Made by a program: the position numbers and the translations under genes. This document shows, piece after piece, positions 55,549 to 63,703 of a DNA stretch of 64,000 nucleotides. This DNA is from a bacterium (GTDB taxonomy: Bacteria > Desulfobacterota > DSWW01): NCBI GenBank assembly GCA_015486285.1, contig WFRX01000140.1, positions 1,621-65,620 on the forward strand. Direction: 5' to 3'. Each line of letters begins with the position of its first letter. The first letter of the stretch is position 1. Below the pieces are notes generated by a model. It had not been told where the DNA came from. It searched no databases and saw only the letters and a list, made by a program, of their open reading frames with translations.

Positions 55549-56688
55549 CTACGAAGCCAGAATCTCCAAGGCGGCCTTGACCGATGCGCCCGTCTCGACG
55601 GGAAAGCCCAGATCCCGGAGAACGAACTCGAGGGCCGCCAATCCGCTGATGATGTCATACGTGTTCACGTACCCCATGTGTGAGATACGGATGATCTTTC
55701 CCTTGAGGTGGGCCTGGCCGCCGGCGACGGCCACGCCGTATTTCTCGCGGATCAGCGAGGGGATCTTCGCCCCGTCGATCCCTTCCGGGACCTTGATCGC
55801 CGTACACGCATCACTCGGTGCTTCCGGGGCGAGCAGCTCGAGGCCCAGGGCCCTTACGCCCGCCCGGGTGGCGCGGGCAAGCTTGTCGGTTCGGGCAAAC
55901 AGATTTTCGAGGCCTTCTTCTTTGATCCGCGCCAGGGATGCCTGCAACCCGATGATCAACGAGACGGAAGATGTGTAGGCGGTCTGGTTCTTGGCGAGAT
56001 TCTTTTTCTCCTTGGCGAAATCGAAATAGTACTTCGGAAGGTTCGACTCTTTTACGAAGCGCCAGGCCTTTTCGCTCAGAGACGCGAAGGCGAGCCCGGG
56101 GGGCAGCATCAGCGCCTTCTGGGATCCGGTGACGACCACATCGAGGTTCCACGCGTCTGTCGGGAGGTCGAATACACCGAGAGCGGTGATTGCATCCACG
56201 ACAATGACCGTATTTTCCCGCGCGGCGACAAGCGCGGCGATCTCACGGACCGGATGGCGAACGCCGGTGGAGGTCTCTGAGGCCTGGAGGAAGACCGCCC
56301 GGGCGTCCGGGTTCCGATCCAGCACGGTTCGCACCTCTTCTGGATCCACGGCCTTGCCCCATTCCACGTCGATGGGGATCGCCTCCACGCCGTAAGCCTC
56401 GCAGATTTCGGTCCACCGCTCGCCGAATTTCCCCGCCTGCACCACGATCGCCTTGTCGCCTCTTGAAAGAAGATTGACGACAGAGCCTTCCATGGCGCCT
56501 GTGCCGGTGGAGGCCAGGATCAGTACATCGTTCCCGGTCTGAAAAAGGTATTTCAGGTCTTCCTTGACCTCCTCGACAACGGCCCGGAAAGGCTCGTGCC
56601 GATGGTGGATGATGGGCCTGGCCATGGCCTCGAGCACATCTTCCGGGACCGGTGTGGGGCCGGGCGTGAGCAGCAGTGTTTTCTTCAT
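55549..56688 (-). CDS. Class-V aminotransferase (serine-pyruvate/phosphoserine aminotransferase type)
   Basis: PLP-dependent fold-type I with TGSQKAL (Lys); adjacent to serA, suggesting a role in serine biosynthesis. Confidence 0.75.
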   Translation of the reverse strand: MKKTLLLTPGPTPVPEDVLEAMARPIIHHRHEPFRAVVEEVKEDLKYLFQTGNDVLILASTGTGAMEGSVVNLLSRGDKAIVVQAGKFGERWTEICEAYGVEAIPIDVEWGKAVDPEEVRTVLDRNPDARAVFLQASETSTGVRHPVREIAALVAARENTVIVVDAITALGVFDLPTDAWNLDVVVTGSQKALMLPPGLAFASLSEKAWRFVKESNLPKYYFDFAKEKKNLAKNQTAYTSSVSLIIGLQASLARIKEEGLENLFARTDKLARATRAGVRALGLELLAPEAPSDACTAIKVPEGIDGAKIPSLIREKYGVAVAGGQAHLKGKIIRISHMGYVNTYDIISGLAALEFVLRDLGFPVETGASVKAALEILAS

Positions 56689-56842
56689 GGCATTTCCTTT
56701 ATCGCCTTACCGGGGGGGCTGATAAACGTGGGGACGGGGCCTCACGAGGGCCGAGCTTTATAGCTTTAGCACGGGTCGCAGAAATTGTCAATTATACAGC
56801 GCAGTTAGCCCCAGTTACCCCGTTCCGGAGAAGAAAAAGATT

Positions 56843-56871
56843 TGACATGGGCGTCGAGATTCTGGAAAATG
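56843..56871 (+). promoter_or_regulatory. Sigma-70-like promoter candidate TTGACA-N17-GAAAAT
   Basis: In the AT-rich region upstream of the roadblock gene. Confidence 0.35.
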
Positions 56872-56927
56872 GAATCGTATTTGTTTGGTTAAAATTCGAA
56901 AGGTCTGCCCGAGCAAGGAGAAATGCC

Positions 56928-57290
56928 ATGCGAAGCGAAGAGATTCAACAAGCCCTGGAGAAGCTCAAGGCCTCTTCCTCGGACATCGAGGCCGCCGCAC
57001 TGGTCAGCCAGGAGGGATTCATCATCGCCTCGGTTCTGTCTGAAAATCTGGACGAGGAGCGCGTTGCAGCCCTCACCGCGGCGTTTCAGGGCCTCGCCGA
57101 ACGCTGTGGCGAGGAACTGGGCAAAGGAAAACCCCGCCAGTTCTTCCTGCAAGCGGATCTGGGCTACATCGTCGTGATGGAAGTGAGTCAGGATGCCTGC
57201 CTCACGGTACTCTCCAGCCGGTTCGGCAAGCCGGGCATGCTGTTGCTCGATATGCGAAAAGGCGCGGAGCAGGTGCGCGCGCTGCTTTAG
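56928..57290 (+). CDS. Roadblock/LC7 (MglB-like) domain protein
   Basis: 120 aa; IEAAALVSQEGFIIASV... roadblock signature. AAGGAG SD. Confidence 0.65.
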   Translation: MRSEEIQQALEKLKASSSDIEAAALVSQEGFIIASVLSENLDEERVAALTAAFQGLAERCGEELGKGKPRQFFLQADLGYIVVMEVSQDACLTVLSSRFGKPGMLLLDMRKGAEQVRALL

Positions 57291-57745
57291 AGAACGAGGC
57301 GCTGGAGCCCCCTTTTTTTTCGCGTCCTCACGAGGCGGGAAGGGTGTGACGAAACCGGTCGATTTTGCGCTCCCTCAAGGGACTTCCGGCCCCTGAGGAG
57401 GCACATCCTCCGTTTCCTCAGGGCCGGTCGACTGCTGCCGCCGGGCCCGAAAATAAAGAAAGGCGGCGGTCGAGCCGTAGACCAGGACCAGCAGCAAGAG
57501 GATGACATACCCCTTATCCATCGCGTCCACTCCTTTGGCCAGGTATCTGAACCATTGGTACATGCCCCTTGTGCAAAGCCTGCAGGCCCCGGAACAGGAT
57601 GAGCCGCGGCACCCGGCTTGTTCCCCTGTTCAATAGCCCAACCGACCCGGGGAGGTCAACTCGGCGGCCTTCCCTGCCGGCCCGGGTTCAGCGGTCGCCC
57701 CTTTCTTGCTGTTGTGCTAGATTCGGAGAAGAGGGGGGAATTTCG

Positions 57746-58222
57746 GTGAAGGCGGCTCGCCTGCACGATCCTTCATGGCTCGAGCGAACCATGCACGAGG
57801 CCCTGCGCCTGGCGTCCCGGGCCGAACAGCTCGGCGAAGTGCCTGTCGGGGCCGTCGTGGTCCGCGAGGGACGAATCATCGGACGAGGGCACAATCATCC
57901 TCTAGGGACCGGGGACCCGACGGCCCATGCGGAGATCATCGCACTCCGGGAGGCGGCCCGGACGGAGGGCAACTACCGACTCCCGGGGGCGCACCTCTTC
58001 GTTACCCTGGAGCCCTGCCTGATGTGCGCGGGAGCATGTCTGCATGCAAGGATTCAGACCCTTGTGTTCGGGGCGAGGGACCCCAAGACGGGCGCGGTCC
58101 GCTCCCTGTCGCGGGTGCTCGACGACCCGAGGCACAACCACCGGATCGAAATCGTGGAGGGCGTCCTCGCAGGAGAGTGCGGCGAGAAGGTCCGGGCGTT
58201 TTTCCGGAAGCGAAGGGCTTGA
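57746..58222 (+). CDS. tadA: tRNA-specific adenosine deaminase
   Basis: HAEIIALREAA, PCLMCAGA (CDA zinc motifs). GTG start 57746 with a GAGGGGGG SD. Confidence 0.85.
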   Translation: MKAARLHDPSWLERTMHEALRLASRAEQLGEVPVGAVVVREGRIIGRGHNHPLGTGDPTAHAEIIALREAARTEGNYRLPGAHLFVTLEPCLMCAGACLHARIQTLVFGARDPKTGAVRSLSRVLDDPRHNHRIEIVEGVLAGECGEKVRAFFRKRRA

Positions 58223-58303
58223 GGGCGGTCTGCTTGCAGATGTCGGCGCATTCTTGTACATATTGAGGAGTGTCGAAAAACACCCTGGACAGCCGATCCG
58301 TGC

Positions 58304-58393
58304 GGAGAGATGGCCGAGAGGTCGAAGGCGGCTGACTCGAAATCAGCTGTACCGCTTGCGGTACCGGGGGTTCGAATCCCTCTCTCTCCGCCA
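58304..58393 (+). tRNA. tRNA-Ser (anticodon CGA)
   Basis: GGAGAGATGGCCGAG...GCTGA-CTCGAAA-TCAGC, long variable arm, ...GGTTCGAATCCCTCTCTCTCCGCCA. Confidence 0.85.
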
Positions 58394-58396
58394 ATT

Positions 58397-58960
58397 TCAC
58401 CCATCCGAACCCATAACGCATGATTCGATTGCTGCGGCCAGGGTTTCCGGAGACGGCGTATCGCTGACATGTTTTCCGTAGTACGAGAACGCAATGGTCT
58501 GATTCGCGGCAACAATAAAAGCAGCCGGTAGCTGTGTTTCCTTGCCTTCGAATCTTCCATGAGCAAACCCACGGAAGGTTGCCTTTATCGCTGCGATCAA
58601 ACCAGCCGGATGCAGATATTTGAAGACCCCGCCGGGCTCGACATGATACAGCTTGAATACATCCGCATCGGGATCACACACGATGGTGAAAGGCCAGTCT
58701 TCCTGTTCACAAAGAGAAGCAATGGTGGCGGGAGGGCTTTGTAAAACAACAAAAACCGTTGCTTTCTTCTGATCGAAGAGTTCGATTTTCTTTTTGAGAT
58801 CGACCATCTCCATCCGGCAGACCGGACACCCGAAATAACGCAAAAAAACCACCGCCGCCGGCCTGTTCCCTATGGTTTCATAAAAAACCTGGTCGCTTTT
58901 CCAGGGGGAGTCATAGCGAAAATCCGGGGCCTTGTCTCCAGGCTTCAATTTCTGATTCAT
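58397..58960 (-). CDS. Peroxiredoxin/redoxin (AhpC-TSA family, CxxC type)
   Basis: FLRYFGCPVCRME motif and a thioredoxin fold. Lower-GC region. ATG at 58958-58960 with a GAGAGAGGA SD. Confidence 0.8.
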   Translation of the reverse strand: MNQKLKPGDKAPDFRYDSPWKSDQVFYETIGNRPAAVVFLRYFGCPVCRMEMVDLKKKIELFDQKKATVFVVLQSPPATIASLCEQEDWPFTIVCDPDADVFKLYHVEPGGVFKYLHPAGLIAAIKATFRGFAHGRFEGKETQLPAAFIVAANQTIAFSYYGKHVSDTPSPETLAAAIESCVMGSDG

Positions 58961-59164
58961 TGGGCTGTTTCCTCTCTCGCTCTTCAACGAAGCTTCATTG
59001 ATCGTATATATATTATATGAGCCGGCATCAGCAATTGCTACAGGCCCCCTGGAAAAGTCGGTTTTTGTCAAACTTGTCACGAAACGGTAGAATAACCCAG
59101 GATTTTTATGAGTTGGCCGCTTAGCTGTTTCCGTCTTCGCCCGGGATTTCAGGAGTAAGACGAT

Positions 59165-59323
59165 ATGGAGAGACAATCCACGATCTCCGAGCTCTGGGAG
59201 TTCCTGAGGACCCGAAAACGCTTCTGGCTGGCCCCGATCGTCCTGGTGCTTATCCTTTTGAGCGCGCTCATTTTCTTCACCGAGGGCAGCTCTGTTGCCC
59301 CCTTCATCTACGCCCTGTTCTAG
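59165..59323 (+). CDS. Conserved 52-aa mini-protein MERQSTISELWEFLRTRKRFWLAPIVLVLILLSALIFFTEGSSVAPFIYALF (single TM, C-terminal APFIYxLF)
   Basis: Not in the ORF track; AGGAG SD 9 nt upstream. I recognise the motif as a widespread tiny-protein family (name not recalled). Confidence 0.5.
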   Translation: MERQSTISELWEFLRTRKRFWLAPIVLVLILLSALIFFTEGSSVAPFIYALF

Positions 59324-59719
59324 GGATTGAACTTTTTGCGGCCGCGGATGTCTCACTATTGCAAGATGCCGCAAAATCAGGTTTTTCCCTCTCCCTGCAC
59401 CGAACATCCTTGCTGAATCCATCGTGCTTTGTGTAGGGAGAGGGGATTCTTTCTCTACTTGAGACCTCCCGGCAGGACTTCCTCCACAGTCGCTCCCAGG
59501 TACATTTCCAGTCAGAATCCTGACGCGGGCCATACAAATTTGTAACCTCGATCGGAAACGGTGCCGCCGGAGAACTTCCGAGAGACCAAAAAACGTTTGA
59601 AAAACACAGGGATACATATTGGCCCTTCCCCGGGATGTCGAATCCTCCCCGTGGCATAGCCCTTGCACAAAAGGCAGGCGCAAGAAAGAACCCCCCAACG
59701 CCAGGTGAGGGCCCTCTAG

Positions 59720-61600
59720 ATGAATACACCGAAGAAACGCTCCGGGATCCGCCACCTTCTGTTGTATGGTATTCTCGGGATTTTTCTCCTGACAGGCGCT
59801 GCACAGGTCCAATCCGCCATCTATACGAATCACCCGCGGCTTTCGTTCGCGTGGGGCGAAGCGTCCGGCTCGGTGGATCACTATAACGTCTATCTTTCCG
59901 TGGACGGTCAGCCTTTCGAGTTGCTCGAGCAGGCCGACGAATGCGGTTGCCAGGTGGCCGCGGACGACGCAAGCACCTATGTAATCCAGGTTGAGGCGGA
60001 GGATGCCGCCGGCCGGGTGGGGCCCATGTCCGACCCCTCGGAGCCGATCGTGGTATTCCTGAACGGGAGCGCGGATGACACCGATGGGGACGGGATGTCG
60101 AATGACTGGGAGGCCTTGTACGGCCTGAATCCCTTTGCCCCGAACGATGCGGACGGAGACCTGGATCACGACGGCTCCACGAACCGCGACGAATTCGACC
60201 GTCAGACCGATCCGACGGACGCGGATTCTGATGATGACGGGGTTTCGGACGGCCAGGACCCCTACCCCCTCGATCCTCTCGACGGGAACAGCAGGCCGGT
60301 GGCCGACGCGGGTGACGATCAAGAGCTGGACCCCACGGTGGTAACCCTGGACGGCTCCGGCAGCCGTGATCCGGACGGCGACCTCTTGAGCTATACCTGG
60401 ACCCGGAAAGAGGGGCCGGAAGTGGCCCTCTCCGACGATCACGCCCCGCAGCCCTCCTTCCTGGGAAGGGAATCGGGCGCATATCGATTCGCACTCGTTG
60501 TCCACGATGGACACCTTGCCAGCCTCCCCGATGAGGTGACCGTGACGATCCGGAATGTAGCCCCTGCCGCCGATGCGGGCGAGGACCTCGAAGGGGTGGT
60601 TGGAGCCGAGGCGACCCTGGACGGAAGCGGGTCGGTGGACCCGAACGGGGATCCGCTCAGTTTTGCCTGGACCCAGACCGAGGGCGTTCCGGTCTCCCTG
60701 AGGGGCGCGCATAACGAAACGGCCGCGTTTACCCCCGAGACGCAGGGCGTATATGTCTTCCAGCTCGTCACCTTTGACGGCCGCCTCTACAGCTCCCCCG
60801 ACGAGGTCCGCGTAACCGTGAACGGCCCTTCCAACCACGTGCCGATCGCGGATGCGGGTGCGGACCGGACCGTGACCGCAGGGGATGCGGTCGAGTTGAA
60901 CGGATCGGACAGTTCGGATCCCGACGGGGATGCCCTGTCGTATACATGGTCACAGGTTGGCGGGCCCAGCCCGGTCGTACTCAAAGGGGCCGGCAGCCCG
61001 CAGGCCCGCTTCAAGGCCCCCGGTCCCGGCCTCTATGAATTCGAGCTTGTCGTTAGTGACGGCCAGGTTGCAAGCCTGCCGGACCGTGTGACGGTGACCG
61101 TGGAAAGCCCGGCAAATCAGGCGCCTGTGGCCGTTATCGCGGGGTTGGACCCCGTACATGCAGGAGACTGGGTCACCCTGGACGGGACGGACAGCTTTGA
61201 TCCGGACCAGGATACGTTGACCTACAGATGGTCGCAGACAGGCGGTCCCCAGGTTATGCTGGAAGACGCGGATCAGGCTATGGCGGGATTCTACGCCGTG
61301 GCCGAGGGAACCGTGACGTTCGAACTCGTGGTCGACGACGGCAGAGCTTCCAGCGTTCCCGCATCTATCGGGGTGCAGGTACTCCCCGGCAACCCCAGTG
61401 GGGCGAAGGCCCCGGCCGGGTCTTCCGAGAGGCAGGCCGATTCGGGCGGCGGGGGAGGCGGTTGTTCCGTCGGCCTGGGGGGAAGCCCTCAACATGAGGT
61501 GAACGCGACGGATATCGGATACCTGCTCACCCTCTTCCTGCCGGCCATCGGCGCCCTGATGTACCAGAAGAGGAAATACGGGAGAGGCAGGAGGGGATGA
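59720..61600 (+). CDS. Secreted repeat protein: signal peptide, Ca-binding TSP3-like Asp repeats, four PKD/REJ-like repeats of about 85-90 aa, and a C-terminal Gly-rich-Cys + TM + basic-tail anchor
   Basis: Repeats ADAG-D...TLDGSGS-DPDGD-LSYTWTQ..G..V.L...F....G.Y.F.LVV.DG...S.PD.V.V occur four times. C-terminus SGGGGGGCSVGLGG...IGYLLTLFLPAIGALMYQKRKYGRGRRG. Confidence 0.7.
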   Translation: MNTPKKRSGIRHLLLYGILGIFLLTGAAQVQSAIYTNHPRLSFAWGEASGSVDHYNVYLSVDGQPFELLEQADECGCQVAADDASTYVIQVEAEDAAGRVGPMSDPSEPIVVFLNGSADDTDGDGMSNDWEALYGLNPFAPNDADGDLDHDGSTNRDEFDRQTDPTDADSDDDGVSDGQDPYPLDPLDGNSRPVADAGDDQELDPTVVTLDGSGSRDPDGDLLSYTWTRKEGPEVALSDDHAPQPSFLGRESGAYRFALVVHDGHLASLPDEVTVTIRNVAPAADAGEDLEGVVGAEATLDGSGSVDPNGDPLSFAWTQTEGVPVSLRGAHNETAAFTPETQGVYVFQLVTFDGRLYSSPDEVRVTVNGPSNHVPIADAGADRTVTAGDAVELNGSDSSDPDGDALSYTWSQVGGPSPVVLKGAGSPQARFKAPGPGLYEFELVVSDGQVASLPDRVTVTVESPANQAPVAVIAGLDPVHAGDWVTLDGTDSFDPDQDTLTYRWSQTGGPQVMLEDADQAMAGFYAVAEGTVTFELVVDDGRASSVPASIGVQVLPGNPSGAKAPAGSSERQADSGGGGGGCSVGLGGSPQHEVNATDIGYLLTLFLPAIGALMYQKRKYGRGRRG

Positions 61601-61798
61601 AGGGATAAGGTTCGTTTTCAAAAGGGGACAGGATGCTCAAGGGCCTGCCGGTATGCGATTCCGGCGGGCCTCGTTTTTGGATCCGCCCGCAACTCCTCCC
61701 GTTCGAGCACCCTCCGCCGGCCGCCCCGCGGTTGTCTTTTCCCCTGCGGCCGAATAGAATTCTCCTGAGAAGGGACCACGCTGCAGCAGGAGGGGAGG

Positions 61799-62431
61799 AT
61801 GGCCTTTCGGTGCTACCACCATCCGGACAGGGAAGCCGCGGGAACTTGCTGTTACTGCGACCGTGCGTTGTGCGGGGAATGTCTCGCCACGAACAAAGAA
61901 GGCAAGGTCTTCTGCAGGAGAGAAGAGGAGTGTCTCGATTACCAGGACGGGCTCTTGTCTGCAGGCGAGGCGGTGTCTCCGATCGTCGCCCTTCTGGTCG
62001 ACGAGCGCACTCTCGACGCGCAGATGAAAAGGCTCGCGGATATTCTGGACGAACTCGGTGAACTCGAGGGCGTGCTCGCTGATTTGGAAGCGGATGGGGA
62101 GAGCGGGGGGGTGTCCCCGGCTATGGCAGAGGGCCCCCCACCCTTCGAAAGGGACCCGAGAATTCCAGGTTTTTGTGCCTGCAAACTGGCGGAAGAGGCC
62201 GCCGCACTCTTGAACCTGATCTCGTTTCGGGCGGATTTTCTGTGTGCGGAGTCGGCGCTCTCCGGGGGGGATGCGCTGCAGGAGAGGGCCCGGGAAGTAC
62301 AGGCCTTTCTCGAGCGGGAAGCGGCGCCGAAGATCCGCGGGCATCTGGATCGAGCCGGGCCGTACGTCGGCGGGGATGGGGCGGAACTCCTGGCGTCCCT
62401 GGAGCGGCGGAACCGCCAAAACGAGCCCTGA
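61799..62431 (+). CDS. Hypothetical protein with N-terminal B-box-like zinc ribbon (CYHHPDREAAGTCCYCDRALCGEC)
   Basis: Cys/His pattern typical of a small zinc finger, then a Glu/Ala-rich helical region. Confidence 0.5.
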   Translation: MAFRCYHHPDREAAGTCCYCDRALCGECLATNKEGKVFCRREEECLDYQDGLLSAGEAVSPIVALLVDERTLDAQMKRLADILDELGELEGVLADLEADGESGGVSPAMAEGPPPFERDPRIPGFCACKLAEEAAALLNLISFRADFLCAESALSGGDALQERAREVQAFLEREAAPKIRGHLDRAGPYVGGDGAELLASLERRNRQNEP

Positions 62432-62443
62432 GCGGGCAAGGAG

Positions 62444-62998
62444 GTGGAACCCATGTCTTCCGAGGCCGGCCGCAAGGATCCGGCGGAGGAATCGTTCGTT
62501 GTCCAGGACGGTGTGCGCTGCCCGACCCGGGCGCCCTGGTCCGCCCGGGTCAGTACGCTGACGAGCTTGACGTTTGTCCCGCTTATCCTGCTTGGGTTCT
62601 ACGTCCTCGTCCAGACAAGCGTGGTCAAGCTGCTCGTCTGGCTGCTGCTGTTTGGATGTGTCGCTTATCCGCTTCGATATCTGGTCTGTGCCCGATGCCC
62701 CTATTACGGCCAGAGGTGTTCGACCCTGTTTGGAGTGACCGTACCCAGGATGTTTAAAAAACAAGAGGGGAAATCGATGCGTCTGGGCCTGTGGCTCGAT
62801 GTAGTTTTTTCCCTCCTGCTTCTGCTCATTCCACTGCCGGATGTCTGGCGGCTTGGAGGTTTTCTGCTGCTCCTCCTCTGGGTGGGGACTTTCGCCTTGC
62901 TTATGGGCACGATTACGCGCATAGCCTGCTCGGTCTGTCCCCTCACCTTCTGCCCGATCGGCCGCGCGGGACGAGCCCTCTGGAGCAGGGTGCCGTGA
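62444..62998 (+). CDS. Hypothetical 4-TM membrane protein with two Cys clusters (CARCPYYGQRC; CSVCPLTFCP)
   Basis: Hydrophobic segments and Cys motifs; no confident family assignment. Confidence 0.45.
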   Translation: MEPMSSEAGRKDPAEESFVVQDGVRCPTRAPWSARVSTLTSLTFVPLILLGFYVLVQTSVVKLLVWLLLFGCVAYPLRYLVCARCPYYGQRCSTLFGVTVPRMFKKQEGKSMRLGLWLDVVFSLLLLLIPLPDVWRLGGFLLLLLWVGTFALLMGTITRIACSVCPLTFCPIGRAGRALWSRVP

Positions 62999-63066
62999 CT
63001 CTGGGTCCATGGCTCGGGCCGTGCTCTTTACAAGAGCGGCCCGAATCTCTTAACATAGCGCCAAGT

Positions 63067-63161
63067 GGAGAGATGTCCGAGCTGGCCGAAGGAGCACGAT
63101 TGGAAATCGTGTAGGCGGCCTCAAAGCCGCCTCGAGGGTTCGAATCCCTCTCTCTCCGCCA
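63067..63161 (+). tRNA. tRNA-Ser (anticodon GGA)
   Basis: GGAGAGATGTCCGAG...CACGA-TTGGAAA-TCGTG, long variable arm, ...GGTTCGAATCCCTCTCTCTCCGCCA. Confidence 0.85.
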
Positions 63162-63182
63162 CTCTCTTTGGTTTCAAGGAAA

Positions 63183-63465
63183 AGCTTGGCCGTGCTAGAC
63201 GGGGAATTAGCGGTGCCCTTTACCCGAAATCCGCTTATGCGGGGTCGAATCCCCTTTTGAGGCGCCTGTCTGGTAGGGGCCTGAGCGCAAAGGGCAAAGT
63301 TGAGAACCGGGACCCACGCAACAGATGGCTGCCGAACCCCGCCAGGTCCGGAAGGAAGCAACGGTAGGCAGTTTCGTCTGTGTGCCGTGGAATCTCCTGG
63401 TTTGATTTGTCCTTCTCGTTTCCGCCCTGTTGGACGGTGTCGAAATCGGGTGCATGGCCAAGCCC
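63183..63465 (+). ncRNA. ffs: Signal recognition particle RNA, long (Bacillus-type) form with 5' Alu domain
   Basis: Domain-IV core CCAGGTCCGGAAGGAAGCAACGG at 63342-63364. The 5' region GCCGTGCTAGACGGGGAATTAGCGGTGCCC...GGGGTCGAATCCCC resembles the Bacillus scRNA Alu domain as I remember it. Terminal helix 63184-63191 GCTTGGCC pairs with 63456-63463 GGCCAAGC, followed by TTTTTTT. The gene lies immediately upstream of dnaX. Confidence 0.75.
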
Positions 63466-63703
63466 TTTTTTTGTCCGGAGCAAGCCCGCGGAGGGAGTCT
63501 GATGCAGTCGGCGCCGTGCGGGCGACGGCGAAGGGATCAGTTTGAAAGGACAAAGGGCGCAGGCCCCGTGCCCGCTGGCGGGCCCGGGTTCGAGTAAGCA
63601 GCGTTTCTCCCACGTTCCCCGTTCGCCTCGTTCGATTTTGCCGAACCGGTGATTCTTCCAGGCTTGACGCAGGGAACATAGATGTTCTGATGAAAGGGGC
63701 TCA

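Noticed and set aside
58304-63161. Integrative element inserted into tRNA-Ser (direct repeat of the tRNA 3' end)
   Set aside because: The repeat is simply the shared 3' end of two complete tRNA-Ser isoacceptors with different anticodons. No integrase, excisionase or transposase is present. Only the lower GC suggests foreign origin, and this is kept as a low-confidence note in the findings.
63189-63262. Apparent degenerate tRNA, tRNA-Sec or tRNA-derived attachment-site remnant next to tRNA-Ser
   Set aside because: No acceptor/anticodon pairing could be built on either strand. The segment instead matches the 5' Alu domain of a long SRP RNA and pairs with sequence 260 nt downstream.
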